A DNA stretch of 64,000 bases from Vicugna vicugna (taxonomy: Eukaryota): assembly GCA_013265495.1 (NCBI GenBank), contig MU058034.1, positions 124,001 through 188,000 of the forward strand. The letters run 5' to 3'. Position 1 is the first letter of the stretch. Each line of letters starts with the position of its first letter. Under the pieces are notes generated by a model that worked only from the letters and a program-made list of their open reading frames with translations, made no database searches and was not told the origin of the DNA. Positions 12,521 through 26,964 of this stretch are shown one piece after another. Made by a program: the position numbers and the translations under genes.

Positions 12521-15021
12521 TAGTGATCAGTGCACAAGTGTTTTTCCCACAATCTCAAGGGAAAAATGTATGTTCTCCGACCCACCACTACCCTTATAAA
12601 CACTCTGTGGTCTTCTCTTTAACCATCGTGCTCCAGTTCTCTTTTTATAAAACTAAGGAGGACAAGTCACCAGTACAATACATTTTTGGCCCCATCTTAG
12701 AGGAAAAAGATTCAAGGAAAAAATATAAGTATAGAATTAATAAGTATTTAATGTTTACAGTATCTTTTCCCTATCATGTGTATAAAAATTGCACGAGGCT
12801 CTCTCTGGGTTGCAGTAAGATGCATTCATAAATGCACCACTTAACTCCTCTGGCTCTGCAAATAATGCTGATGATTATTTCTTTAAAGAATATGGTTATG
12901 CCCTGGTGCAGTGTGAATTTTGGAATAAAACTATGTACCAAAATAGGACTAAAATGAGAACAGATCTTAAAGGAAGCAGGAATGCCGTTATTTTAAAAGA
13001 TGTAGTATACTTTCCATATTGAGGGAGAAAAAAGCTATTGAAACAAATTGTCCTGTGTCAAAATATTTAGCACAGGATATAAGAGTTAATGGCAATCGTT
13101 GAATATTCTTGCTAAACTATGGGGAATTATGTTTTATGATTTGAGGAAATGCTAAATGTATTGAAATGGGAAGTGTGTATTAATGAGCAGAACATTTTAG
13201 TTATTTATCCATAGGTTTTTGGTTTGCCATGAATCAAACACTGTGGTTTCCCAAATTAGCTTACTTTCATATTAATTTGCTTTCTTTTAAAGACTTGATG
13301 TAAAATTCTGTTATAGGTAACTATGGTTAACATTATTTTTTTAAATCACTTTTACTAGCTATTTAATTAACTACTGATTTAAAAGTATGAAAAACATTGT
13401 TTGGAATCAGTATCACTAAGATGTTCACCTGAAAATCTGTGATTGAATTATTTTCTTCCTCTGAAAAAAAAAATAGACCTATGCTTTACATTAATAGACC
13501 TATAAAACAATGATAGATCTATGCTTTCCTTAGCTATACAATCCTTATCTATATCTAAAGCAGTTAAGTTTGAATTCAGGGATCTACACGCAAACAAAAA
13601 GAGAGGATTTGCCTGTTAGTGCTTTGATATATTGTGGGCATTGGCTGTTTGATTTTGAAACTATAGAAGAATGCATTTTAGGGCAGGCATGTTGATTAAT
13701 CTGTTTCTGTTGCCAAGAATATGAGGACAGCCCAACCTTTCATCATGGTGAACCTCATTGATCATCCTGTCACTGCACCATCTTTTTCCAGTTTCCATCC
13801 TGGACCAGGATTTCATGGCACAGAAAGAAACCTGGGCATCTAACCGTAGCATATGAACAAGTAAATGGCCCAAATATTTGAAAGTGTAAACATGCCTCTT
13901 TCCCTGGGCACTGGTTAAGAGTTTTGAAGTCCATTTGTTGTAACTGCAGTTCAGACTAGGACAAGGAACCATGTCCAGATGAGAAACAATTTGAATGTTT
14001 GTGTGGAGTTGGATTTTAATCGCTTCTGTCACATTCCATCACTGTTTGCTTGAGCATTTCCCGATCTGCTGTCCCAGCACCGAGGCCAGGTCTGCATCCT
14101 TCTTTACTATCTGTTGCCGATTGTTTTCCAAATGTGGTTTTCTGTGCTCTCCTCCCCAAACAGGCTCAGTTAGATTTGCCATTTAATAAATAGTCAATAA
14201 AGATATAGATCCCTGGGAGCATATGTCCTGAAATAATATTAGAGACGATTTAGTGTAATATTTACTTTTACATGTTTCTTTCCTTATTAGCTCTTTCTTT
14301 CTCATCTGAATATGCATCTCAGTCTTAGCTAAAATTTTGCTCTTTTCAAAATTAGTTGATTGTGTCATTAATTTCTAAACTTGAAGGACCCTAAGTACAA
14401 AATTCTTACATAAAGAAAAGACGTACATGGAAGGGAGTTTGTAGGGCTGAGCCATGGATGAGTGATAAATCTGGTCTGCTAATGAGACCGTATGGGACAG
14501 CACTACTGACATGAGAGAAGGAGCATGCCTTTCCTCAGGGCAAAGCTGCTGGTCTTCCGGTGGCACATTCAACACTGAAGGTGGGGGTGACAAAGCCATG
14601 GACATAGTAGAGAAGTGTACGGCTAACATGCCACCAAAAATATTTAGGGTGGGTACCTACTGTGATTTCGCCAATTGGAAATGTGTATTTCGGTACTGTC
14701 ATAGAATGTTGGCAGAGACCTGCTATTTATGTCTAGCTGTTGAAGACACTGAGGACAAACAAAGCAGTGAATCTTACTAAGGAAGAAAACAAAATAACTC
14801 TAATCCAAGTTGAAAGATATTTCAGATATTATTGCTTGTTGCCCATTGTCATAGGTTATCCTATCACAAATTTAGTATACACTGTACATAAGTATATTTG
14901 TTCATTTCACTTTTTATAGCGTTATTTTATACCAACATATTTAAATTTTAATCCACCACATTCCTTCCAGAAGAGTCTCCTTTCTTATTCTATTGCCTTC
15001 ATGACGTACCATTGTGAATAC

Positions 15022-15369
15022 TGTTAACGTGATTCAACAAGGAGGCTGTGAGACCCAGGGGACTCTAATGCCTTGGCAGCTTAACCCTAAGTCAATGCAC
15101 CAAAATCAAAACAAACAAAACAAAACTTAAGCACAGCTAATCACAAGCAGCCCACTAGACTCTCCCAAACAGGGCAAGTGCCTAAGCTATAGCCAATCAA
15201 ATAGTGTCTTTGTTTTGCTTCTGTGTCTATTTTATGAAAATCTTTTCCATCGCCTCTGTCAGCAGGGAGCTCCTAACCACTTTTGGTTTGGCACTGGGCA
15301 GTTCAAACTGGTTTGCTCAAATAAACTACTGAAAAAAAATTTTGTTGTGCCTCAGTTTACCTTTTAACA
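15022..15369 (+). mobile_element. ERV1-type solo LTR
   Basis: Inverted ends TGTTAA...TTAACA, a CCAAT box (agccaatc), the polyA signal in ctcaaataaac, and a 4-bp TSD atac/ctac. Confidence 0.8.
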
Positions 15370-16269
15370 CTACCTATATCTCTTAGACAAAAGGAACCTT
15401 TTCCTGAGAGCTTCCAACCTTTTCTACCTTTTCTCTTTCATTTGGGAAGTAGGTCTCTGATTCTATTTTTTATTTATAAGTTATAAACAACCTATGAATG
15501 TTGGCGTCTATCCATTCTCATATTAGAATATGAGCATTAATATTTATTTTGCTGGCATGCCCAATTAACAAAATGCACTTTTTTTTCATAACCTAGCTTA
15601 CACTGGGTATGTTAAATTAGTATTAGTTTTGAGGCTTCTTGGCTTAATAGGCTCACTTAGTAGAAAAGGGTAACTGGCTAGCTATCAGAAGCATCCTGCC
15701 TTGAGTTAGCAGAGTGGGGAAGGAGAAAATACGCTTACTCCTGAGAAATTCTTTTATTAAAACCATAGTAATCTCCTACACGACATTGCTTATTCCCATT
15801 TCAGTTCTTCTCTTTGTGTATTTCCTTTGACTCCCCTAGGACGATATGGTTAATTTTATAGAAGGAATTTCTAATTCCATGAATTCTTTGGAATAGTATT
15901 GGGCAGTGTAGTGACCTAGCTTTTCCCACCTCTTCAGAGGTCTGTCTTCCTGTCACTGCTTCGAATAAGTTTGCAGTTTTGCACCTTGAAAACCACTTGT
16001 ACTTTCTGGAATGGACCATGGTTCTTTTGCACTTTTATGACTTTATTCATGTTGTCCCTATTCTTGGAAATATATCCTCCTGTTACACTGGGACAGCTTT
16101 CTATCCCTTTTGTGAAAGGTTCAGTAAAAACATTATTATTTTTTTCTTTTTCTTTTTGGAATTCTTCCTCGAGTTTACTTCTCCTGCCCTGAGTTGGGTA
16201 CTCTTTCCATATGCCTACTTAATGCTTACTTATTTAGTAATAGTAGCCATTTAGGGGTTTTAATTCACT

Positions 16270-16435
16270 TACCTATCGCAGCACCTTATTGAGTAAATGA
16301 CTATAATTATTATCAGCCTCTTCTTATACATCAGGAAACTGAAGCAAAGAAAACTAAGTACTTCCCTAAGGTCTCATAGCTAGTAAGTGACAGAAAGGGT
16401 TTTGAAGACATGAGGTCTGGCATCTGAGTCCATGC
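16270..16435 (-). mobile_element. MIR SINE
   Basis: ggaaactgaagc...aagtacttccctaaggtctcatagctagtaagtgacaga, the reversed MIR core. Confidence 0.7.
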
Positions 16436-16714
16436 CAGTGCTATCCAATAGAAATCTGAGTTACAAATGTGATATACTTTATAAATTTTCTAAAGAGCAC
16501 ATTAAAAATGAGCAGGTGAAATTAATTCTATTAATATATTTTGTGTAATACAATATATCCCAAATAATATTTCAATATATAATCAGCATTAACAATGAGA
16601 TATTTTATATTACTAAATCTTCAAAATCCAGTGTACATTTTACACTTAGTATATCTCAATTTGGACTAGTATTTTGAAGTATATGTGGCTAATTGCTACC
16701 TTAGTCAGTAACAC
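16436..16714. mobile_element. MER33/MER3-like hAT-Charlie element
   Basis: cagtgctatccaatagaa...aggtgaaattaatt...tactaaatcttcaaaatccagtgtacattttacactt...atgtggcta. Confidence 0.75.
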
Positions 16715-16727
16715 AAGTCTCTACTCT

Positions 16728-16800
16728 TTTTTTTAAAGACTGAACCCAGAACGTCGTGCATGCTAAGCACATGCTCTACCACTGAGCTATGCACACCCTG
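16728..16800 (-). mobile_element. tRNA-derived SINE (camelid Vic-1-like), short form
   Basis: tgaacccaga...tgcatgctaagcacatgctctaccactgagcta, with TSD cacaagtctctactctt / cacaactctttactctt. Confidence 0.8.
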
Positions 16801-19800
16801 CACAACTCTTTACTCTTAATCACAGTACTCCTCTTTGTATTGAAATGGTTTTATTTGCCTCTTACCACCCCCCATTGATCTCTGAACTGCTTTACTGGGT
16901 AAAGATGTGTTATTCATGGCTTGTATCCCTAGCACATAGACTAGTTATTGTCTGATACATGGTAGAAACTTAATAAATGTTTTGAATAATTGAATTTTGT
17001 TGCTGAAGTACATTGTTAAGTTGAAAATTCAGGAGATTCAGAATACTTGACCAAATGCATACATTTTCCACTCTTGAGGAGACATGAGAGCAGACTGAGA
17101 AGATATTGGAAAGATGGTAGTAGCTCTCAGGGACAACAGGATATACTTAAGGTACCACTTTGAGAATGTATATAAATGCTGAATTTCACCAAAATCATAT
17201 ATTAAAATAATAAATGAAAACATGGTCTAGAAGTGTCATTTTTTTACTGTTAAAGAACACTGTGTTCTTTACCTTTGTTTAGTAAAGAAGCAGTTAGAAT
17301 TAGCATTGCATCATCATATTTGATAAAATCATGAGTGGAATCATGTCTCATGCATTGTAGTTGCCTAATAAATGTTTTTCAATTTGACTTTTTTGAGCCA
17401 GGGGTAGTAACCTCAACTCCTACAGGTATTTATTGTTTATTTGAATTCCTACCCAACTTGCCATCAGTTTGGACAAGCTGGGACAGTTCCTCAGAATGAG
17501 CTCCATTATAGTCAGATTGTTCCATCTGTTTTCCCTAAATGAAAGAAGCTTCCCTCGATGCTAGTCAGAGAGTGAGGGCTCCTTGACTGAGAACCAGATG
17601 CAAGCTTAATACCAGACTTCCGTTTCAGCTCAATTACATTCTTGGCAGCCTATGAGGCTCATGGGGTAAACTTTTTATAACAATTATCAATATCAGCCAG
17701 TTTTTCAGAATGGGCAAGAATACACTTCAATAGCTACAGAATGAGTTTTCTGTCTTCCAAATCTTCTCTCTGGCTGACTGCCATGAGGAATATTGTAGGA
17801 GCATAAAGAGTTTTACGTAACACCCTAGAAATCAGCTAACTTTATGTTTACTTAGATTGTAAAGATTTTATCAAGCTAAATTAACTGTTTAGTGCTGTTT
17901 AGGGTATTGTTTTTGTGAGATATGGGAAATTATTATTTTCTTGTGATATTTTATATACAGAATTGTGACTCGTGTGTGTGTGTGTCTGTGACCATTATCT
18001 CACAATTTTTGGAGGCTGGTCTGTCATTGACTCTCTCATCAAATTATTATGAAAGAGAAAGAGCATCTTATTGATGGACTGTAAGCTCAATAATAACCTG
18101 GAGCTTTTGGATTTCCAGTGGGCTGTTATTTTTTTTATGTTTACTGGGGTTGAAGTTTCTGTTAGATATAGAATTGGAATTTTGGGTGCTGTGAAACCAT
18201 ATCAAGTTGTTGAACTCATGAATGGATAAATCCTGTCATTATCCAGTATTCCCTATACCTGTGACCTCAGGCAGATCACTATAGAAAGGAATGCCAAGTT
18301 TGAACAAGTATTACTCTATTATTCACTGAATGTCCCTAATCACAAAAGTGAAATTATCTTTTTAATTGCAGTAGGGCATCTAGATTTTTCTCAAGGCTTA
18401 AGGGAAACCTTTCCTTTCCTTAAAAAGTCTTAATTTTAGCACCATGCTGCTTTTAAAAATGAAGCAAATATTTTATTTAAAAGGGAAGATGGTGAGAAGT
18501 CATAAGCTTCCTCTTGCCTCTCAGCCAGGATCTAATGGGTTCAGCTCATGGAGGCAGGAATTTAAAAAGACACCAGAGACCACATGGACTTGGCTTCTTA
18601 GGAATTCAATCATAGAGATTCTGGAAGCATAAGAAATAGCAATACCCTAACCATGACTTTTGAACCTAGTGACCCCTCACATTAGTAATTGTTTAACTTG
18701 GTTTATACCAATATAAGTACTAAATATGGAGCGTCCTCAAGGAGCTAACACAACTCTTTCAATAAATACAAATTATATTTCACAATATGCCCCGAGAATA
18801 GTGCACCATCATTTGTATAAGATGCTACTAAATCTCCTCATTACTAGAAAAAAAATAGGTTGGAAATCATCACAACTGTGTTTTTGTGAAATACTCCATA
18901 ATAGTTAAGAAAGCTGAATATCACTACAGTAACTATAAGCAGGCAAACTTTTTACCTGTAGACCAATTTTAGTGAAATTTGTGTTAGCATCTTTGAAGCA
19001 CATTTTGACATCGTATCTTTTCATCTTTCTGTGATTTGGTTTCAGTTACAAAAATTGGAGGAGATCTCTTATTTTGAGGGAATCTGATGAGAATTCTGAT
19101 GAGTGTTTGAAGGGAGATAATTGTGGCACTTTGGGAAATGGGAGAGGGCACACTGAGGGGCAGGTGTTTTTCCCAGCCAGCAAGGAGGCTTCAGCAAGAA
19201 AGGTTTCCAGCACCTTGTCAGGAGTAGATCTAGGGCCCTCAATAAGAGGGAATTGGAATCTGTAGATAAATACAGCATTTCTGTGTTCTTTTGTATTTGA
19301 AAGATATACACGCTGTGATATACACATCTAACAAAACCCTATAAATCCCACAGAAAATGGGCTCCAGGCACCTCCTTCCATCTCCACTTTATTAACACTG
19401 CTTTAAACATTCTGTCACTTTTTGGAGATTTAAACATGATGATTAAAAGACAAGCATTAGACTTATAAGCAATCAAAAATTATGCAAGACAAATACAAGT
19501 ACTATGAAATTCTACTTCTGTTAAAACTTGGGTAACAATCCGAAAGTGGAAATCTTGATTATATATAACACTTAATGAAGTGTTAGGTCAGAACCTATAT
19601 CTGCTACTGCAAAAAAAGTCATCATTAACAGTATACTAATAAAAATGTAATAACCTTTGCATGTTGCACAGTGGAATATTTTGCAGCCATTACAAAAATA
19701 TAAACTAATGTTAAAGAATCTAGAAGAACTTTTTCTGTCAATAGGGTTAAAATTGGTATACAAAAGTTCATCCAGCCTGATTTAAAATGTTTACTATAAA

Positions 19801-19818
19801 AAAGGAAAGAGAGTTAAT

Positions 19819-20742
19819 TGTATTATCTTTGCCAGGGTTTTCTAGAGAAACAAGATCAATTTGCTGTCTATCTATCTATCTATCTACCTATCTATATCTA
19901 TATCTATCTTATCTATCTATCATCTATCTCCCTAGCGGGAGGGAGGGGGTAGAAAGAGAGAGAGAAAGATGTACAATTGGCTCATCCAGTGATAGAGGTC
20001 AAGAAGTCCTATGATCTTCCATCTGCAAGCTAGAGGACCAGGGGAACTAGTGGGTATAATTCAGTCTAAGAACAAAGTACCAAGAACCAGGAGCACTGAT
20101 GCTGAGGGAAGCGTAAGAGAATAGAACAGATTCACTCTTTTCTTGCCTTTTTATCCTATTCAGACCCTCATCGAATTGGCTACTACCCAGCTACGATGGT
20201 AATCTTCTTTACTCAAGTTTCTCTTAAATGCTGATCTCTTCCAGAACCACCGTCACAAACACAATGATCTATCTATCTACCTACCTATCTATATCTATAT
20301 CTATATCTATCTTATCTATCTATCATCTATCTCTCTAGCGGGAGGGAGGGGGTAGAAAGAGAGAGAGAAAGCTGTACAATTGGCTCATCCAGTGATAGAG
20401 GTCAAGAAGTCCTATGATCTTCCATCTGCAAGCTAGAGGACCAGGGGAACTAGTGGGTATAATTCAGTCTAAGAACAAAGTACCAAGAACCAGGAGCACT
20501 GATGCTGAGGGAAGCATAAGAGAATAGAACAGTTTCACTCTTTTCTTGCCTTTTTATCCTATTCAGACCCTCATTGAATTGACTACTACCCAGCTACGAT
20601 GGTAATCTTCTTTACTCAAATTTCTCTTAAATGCTGATCTCTTCCAGAACCACCGTCACAAACACATGATGAAAAAATGTTCTGCCACAAACTCAGGATT
20701 CTCTTAGCCCAGTCAGGGTGACACATAAAGTGAACTATCACA
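19819..20742 (-). mobile_element. MLT2 (ERVL) solo LTR containing an internal tandem duplication
   Basis: Starts tgtatt...cagggttttctagagaaaca and ends cagtcagggtgacacataaagtgaactatcaca, with the typical internal (TCTA)n run. Confidence 0.85.
19868..20670. repeat. Two-copy tandem duplication, period 403 bp, ~98% identical
   Basis: ctagcggga at 19932 and 20335; ccagaaccac at 20241 and 20644; about 8 differences by eye. Confidence 0.95.
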
Positions 20743-20834
20743 AGGACTCATATAACTTTAATTTCCTATTTAATATTTTCATTTATTTCTAAAGTGAATT
20801 GTGTTACCACTTAAGTCATAAAGACATGAGAAGA

Positions 20835-23800
20835 TTTCTTGAAAGATGGCGGCATAGGAAACATCAGGAATCTATCACCCCACCTAGACAACAATTGCAC
20901 TGGCAGAATCTGTCTGATATAACTGCTTTGGAACTCTAGAGTCCATTGAAGGCTTGCAACTTTCATGGAGAGGTTTGGATAGTAAATTTCAGATAGTATC
21001 TGTCAATTTCAACTCTTAAAACAGTAGCAGATCCCCACCCTCACACCTTGTCCTGTGGCAGGAAGCAGTGCACATGTTCCAGGAGAAGCCTACAGAAGCC
21101 AGAGTGGACAAAAAGGATTCTATCCTCCAAATACTGAGGATCAGTGTTCTAATTTCTGACTTGTTTCTAATCACAGAGGTGCTGACAAAGAGAGTTGGTC
21201 ATTATTGTTAAACCTAGACTTTTTGTTGTAAGCTCCTCTCCCTTTGGCTGAAGTGACTTCCAGGATATTTAAAGGGCCAGCACCCCTCTTCTTTTTTCTT
21301 TTTCCCCTTTTGGGAGCCAAACTTTGAAGACTGCTACAATCAAAATCAACTACATATATGGAGCTACTAAAAAGTCACTGCACATGCCCAGAGAAAAGCA
21401 CAGCATTAGAAAAGACTGGGAAAAACCTTCATTTTACACCTCAGTGATCTTTAGCACAGATGCAGCATATGGTAATCAAAAACAAAAATAAAAGCCAACA
21501 AATTCTGGGGAAGGAGGAGAATCTGCTTTGCAGAGTTACCACATTACTAGATTCAAATGAACAATTTTCAGCAAAAATCAAAAGGCATAAAAAGTGACAG
21601 AGAAATATGGCCCATTCAGAAGGGAAAAAAGTAAAACCAACAATAGTAACTGCAGATCTACTAGACAGAGACTTTAAAACAACAGATTTATAGATACTCA
21701 TAGAGCTAGAGAAAGACATGGAGAATGTAAAGAAAATGATGTATAAACTAAATAGAAATATCAATAAAGAGATAGAAAACATACAAAGAAACCAAAAAGA
21801 AATTCTGGGGCTAAAAAGTAAAATAATTGAAATGGAAAATTTACTAGAGGAATTCAAAGACAAATTTAATTGAACAGAACAAAGAATGAGGGAATTGAAG
21901 ATAAGCTAATGAGAATGAATGAGTTTGATGAACAGAAAGAAAAAGTTTGAAGAAAAGGCAAGAGAGCTTAAGAGACCCATGGGACTTTATTGAAAATGTT
22001 ATGTATGAGGGAGTCCCAAAATAAGAGAAAGACAAACAGAGAGAATATTTGAATAAATAATGGCCAAAAACTTTCTGAATGAAAGATGCAAATATAAACA
22101 TCCAATAAACTCAATGTACTCCAGTTGAATGAATTTAAAAAGACTGAAATACTTACAATAAAGCTGTCAAAAGCCAAAGACATGGAAGGATCTTGAAAGC
22201 AGCAAGAGAGGGGCAACTCATCACATATCACGGGTCCTCAAAAAGTTTCCCAGCAAATTTCTTAACGGGAGTTTTGAAAGCCAGAAGGCAGTAGGCTGAT
22301 ATATTCAAAGTGCCAAATGAAAAAAAGAAGTCAACCAAGAAATCTATATCCAGCAAAACTGTCCTTCAAAAGTGAGGGAGACATTAAGACAAGGAGTTCA
22401 CAACCATTAGAACTGTTCTGTAAGAAATTCTAAAGGGAGTCCTACATGTTGAAGTCAAAGGACACTGGACTATAACTTAAAGCCATATGAAGAAATAAAG
22501 ATCTCAGTAATGGTAAATACGGCGACAATTATAAAAGCTAAAGTTATTGTAACAATGGTTTGTAACTTCATTTTTTGTTTTCCATGTAGTGTAATAGATA
22601 ATACATTTAAAAATAATTTTTTAGTCTAAAAGCTAGTATTACTGTAAATTTGGTTTATAACTCCACATTTGTCTTCTACATAATTTAAGGTACTAATCCA
22701 ATAAAAAATGGTTTGATTTTGGACACACATGTATAAAAATATAATTCTGTGATGTCAACAACTATAAGGGATGGGGAAATAAAGCTATAAAGAAGCAGAT
22801 ATTTGTATGTTATTCAGGTTAAGCTAGTATAAATTCATATTAAACTGTTAAAATTTTAAGGATGCTAAGTGTATTCCCTATGGTAATCACAAAGAAAATA
22901 GCTATAGAGTATACACAAAATGAAGCAAGAAAGGTATTTTAACATTTTACTATAAAATATCAGCTAAGCACAAAAGAAGACTCATACAGGAAATGAGGAA
23001 CAAAAAGCTGTACGTCATATAGGAAATTTAAAAAAAATGATAGCAGTCCTTCATTATCAGTAATTAAATATAATGAATTAAATGCTTCAATCAAAAGATA
23101 AGATTGTCAAAATGGATAAAAATATGTGATTACTGTGTATTGTCTATAGGAGACTCACTGTTGATCCAAAGACACAAGTAGGTTGAAAGCAAAAGGATGT
23201 AAAAGACATTCCATGCAAACAGTAAGCAAAAGAGAGCATTGTGACTATACTAATATCAGACAGTATATACTTTAAATCGAAAAGTTTTGCAAGCGATAAG
23301 GAACAACATTATATATTAACAGATTGCTCAGTATAAGAAGATACAACAATTATAAACATTTACATTTGTAATAATAGACTATCAAAATATATGAGGCAAA
23401 AATGGACAGAATTGAAGGGAGAAATTAGATAACTCTATAATGATAGCTGGAAACTTGAATACTCTACTCTCAACAATGGATAGAAAAAACAGAAGATAAA
23501 GATAGAGGACAAGAACAACACAGGAAACAAACTAGCTCTAACAGAGAGAACACTCACCCAGCAACAACAGAATACACATCCTACTCAGGTGTACATAGAG
23601 CATTTTCCAAGGCCACAAATTAACTCTCCATAGATTTTAAAATTTGTATGCTATACAAAATATCTTTTCTGATCACAATGCCATAGTTAGAAATCAATAA
23701 CAGAGAAACAATAGAAAATTCTCAAATTTGTGGAAATAACACACTTAAAATTAATAGATCAAGGCAGAATCACAAGGGACAGTAAAAGATACTTAGATAT

Positions 23801-26430
23801 GAATGAAAATGAGAACAGAACATGCCTCTAAAATATATCAGATACAGTGAAATCAGTGCTGGGGGAGAAATTTATAACTATCAGCAATTACATTAAAAAT
23901 AAAGAAAGCTTTCATATTAACAACATAATTTTATAATTTAAGGAGCTAGAAAAAGAAGAAAAACTAAACCCAAAGCTAGAAGAAGAAAGGAAATAATAAA
24001 GGTTAGAGAGGAGAAAAGCAAAATAGATAACAGAAAAAAAAAACCAATGAAATGAAAAATTTATTCTTCAAAAAAAGCAACAAAATTGACAAACCTTTAA
24101 ATAAAAGGTCTAAGAAAAAGAAGAATGATCAAAATCACTAAAATCAAAACAAGGATGAAGACATTACTACTGATTCTACAGAAATAAGGATTTAAGGGTG
24201 TACTATAAACAAGTATACATCAATATACTGGATAGCCTAGATGAAATGTGCAAAGTCCTAGAAACACAAAAACAACCAATAGTAAGTGATAAAATAGAAA
24301 ATCTGAACAGAACTATAGCTAATAAGAAGATTGAACCAGTAATGAAAAATTTCCTAACCGAATCTGATTGCTTCAATGGTGAATTCTACTAAACGTTAAA
24401 GAAATCTCATGAATCCTGAATGAAATTAAAGAAGATACCAATAAATGGGAAAATATACCATGACTGTGGATTGGAAGACTTCGTATTATTAAGATATCAG
24501 TACTACCCAAAGTGATCTACAATTTAATGAAATACCTAGCAAATTCCCAGCAATGATTTTTGCAGAATAGATAAACCCACTCTGAATTTCATAAGGAATC
24601 ATAAGGGACCGTGAACAGCCACAGCAGTCTTGGGACAGGAGAACAAAGTTGGAGGATGTACATTTCCTCATTTCAAAACTTACTACAAAACTACAGTAAT
24701 CAAAACAGTGTAGTAGTAGCATAAAGACAGACAGACACAACAATGGAATAGGGAATCTAGAAATAAACCTTAACATATACGATCAAATGATTTTCACAAG
24801 TATGCCAAGAATGGGAAGAAGGACAGTCTTTTTGACAAATGGTGCTGGGAAAACTGGATGTCAACATACAGAATGCTGAAGCTCGATATTAACCTTACAC
24901 CGTTTACAAAAATTAAGTCAAAATGGAACCATGACCTAAACTGAAAACTTAAAATGATAAAAAACCTTAAAAGAAAACATAGTACAAAAGCTTCACAACG
25001 TTGGATTTGACAGTGATTGTGTGTGTGTGTGTGTGTGTGAGACACCAAAATCACAGGTGAACAAAAGGCAAAATAGATAAATTGAACTTTATAAATTTTT
25101 TTAATGTATATCAGAAGACATTATTGACAGAGTGAAAAGGCAGCCCACAGAATTAGAGAAAATATTTGCAAGGCATATATCTGATGAGGGATCAATATCC
25201 AGAATGTTTAAAGAAATCCTAAAACTCAAACATGAAAACACCAAATCACCAGATTCAAGAATGGGCAAAGAACTTCAATACACACTTTTCCAAGGTATAC
25301 AAATGGCCAATAAGCATATGAAAACATGCACAGCATCACTAGAACACTAAGGATATGCAAACCGAAGCCATAATGAGATATCACCTCACACCTATTAGGG
25401 TGATTTTTGTTGAAAACAAAAAAACAAAGAAACAAAAAAGCCAGAAAATAATGAATGTTGACAAAGATGTGGAGAAATTGTAACCCTTATGCACTGTTGG
25501 TGGGAATGTGAAATTGTTCAGTCACTGTGGAAAGCAGAATAGAAATTCCTCAAAAAATTAAATGTAAAATTACTGTATGATCCAGAAATTCCACTTCTGG
25601 GTATATTACCAAGAGAATTACAGACAGAGTTTTTTTTTTTTTCTTGTGTGTGTGTGTGTGTGTGTACTGAAGTATAGTCAGTTTACAATGTTATGTCAAT
25701 TTCTTGTGTACAGCATAAATGCTTCAGTCATACATGAACATACATATATTCATTTTCATATTCTTTTACATCATAAGTTACTGCAAGATATTGTATATAG
25801 TTCCCTGTGCTATACAGTATAAACTTGTTGTTTATCTGTTTTATATATATATTAGTTAGTATCTGCAAATCTCCAACTCCCAATTTATCCCTTCCCACTC
25901 CCTTCCCCCTGCTGGTAACCATAAGTTTGTTTTCTATGTCTGGGAGTCTGTTTTGCAAGCAGAGTCTTAAAAAGATATTTGTACACCCATGTTCACAGCA
26001 GTATTATTCACAATTGTTAAAACATGGAAACATTTCAGGTTCCTATTGATGAATGGTATATACATGCGATGACATGTCTAAAAAGGAAGGAAATTCTGGC
26101 ATTAACTAAAACTTGGATGAAGTTTGAAAGACATTATGCTAAGTAAAATAAACCCACCACAAAAAGACATCTACTGTATGATGTCACATACAGGTACTTA
26201 GAGTAGTGGAAATCACAGAGACAGAATGATGATTGCTGGGGGAAGAGGGGATTGGAGAGTTGTTACATAATGGATATAGAATTTCAGCTTTGCAAGATGA
26301 AGAGGGTTCTGGAGATGGACAGTAATGGTTGTACAACAGTATGAATGTACTTAATTTGGTGTACACTGACTGTACACAATTAAGGTGGTAAATTTTGAGT
26401 ATTTTAATATAATAAAAATGGAAAAAAATA
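20835..26430 (+). mobile_element. Near full-length decayed L1 (L1MA/MB-like): 5'UTR, ORF1, ORF2 with RT deletion, 3'UTR
   Basis: Starts aagatggcggcatagg. ORF1 remnant ~21590-22490, endonuclease remnant from ~23040, ORF2 C-terminal motifs (MKRQPTELEKIFA), L1M 3' end and an A-rich tail. Confidence 0.9.
25630..25956 (-). mobile_element. Younger cetartiodactyl/camelid L1 3' fragment nested antisense in the older L1
   Basis: T/(TG)n tail, gaagtatagtcagtttacaatgtt...ggtaaccataagtttgttttctatgtctg, with TSD-like cagagtttt / cagagtctt followed by aaaa. Confidence 0.85.
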
Positions 26431-26964
26431 ACAATCACTTTTTAAGTAAAAGCACACATATATTAATCTTTGATATGATGACAGGGGGTCTAGTGTAAGA
26501 GTAGGAGGACTCAAGCTTGCTCCAGCGTCATGGTCTTTTTTCAGCCCTTTAGAAGCTATCACCCTGTCCGTGCTGAGCTTCAGAGGTGGGTCTGCCTGCA
26601 CCAGTCAAACAGGGAGGAGCTCCACTGTTGGCCAGAGACTGTTATGTTGCCATCTCATTTTCTGTCCAGATTCTGATCGCTGACACTGACAAAGCTGAAA
26701 GAAGCAGCGGCATGGAACCCTGCAGACTAGACGTGGAAGCATACACTCCTGAATTTTCCCTGGTCAGATCTCAGTTATTTCCCATAATAGGACATTGTAA
26801 GGACTTTTAGGAGTTGCCCCTTCAACTTCTGTCTCTGTGTTCAGGACAGCAGCCAGCAGCAGGCGGAGTGTGTGCTGGAAGGGGTTAGAGATCAGGCAGT
26901 AGCATGCTCTGGAGCAGCTCTTTCAACTCTTGTTGCCAAATTGTATTCAAAGTCCATCTCCCAT

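Noticed and set aside
13472..13528. Short repeated atagacctat motif
   Set aside because: A trivial local slippage duplication with no further structure.
26561..26578. REST/RE1-like motif (ctgtccgtgctga)
   Set aside because: The half-sites are 3 nt closer than in canonical ctgtccNNggtgctga, so it is not a credible RE1.
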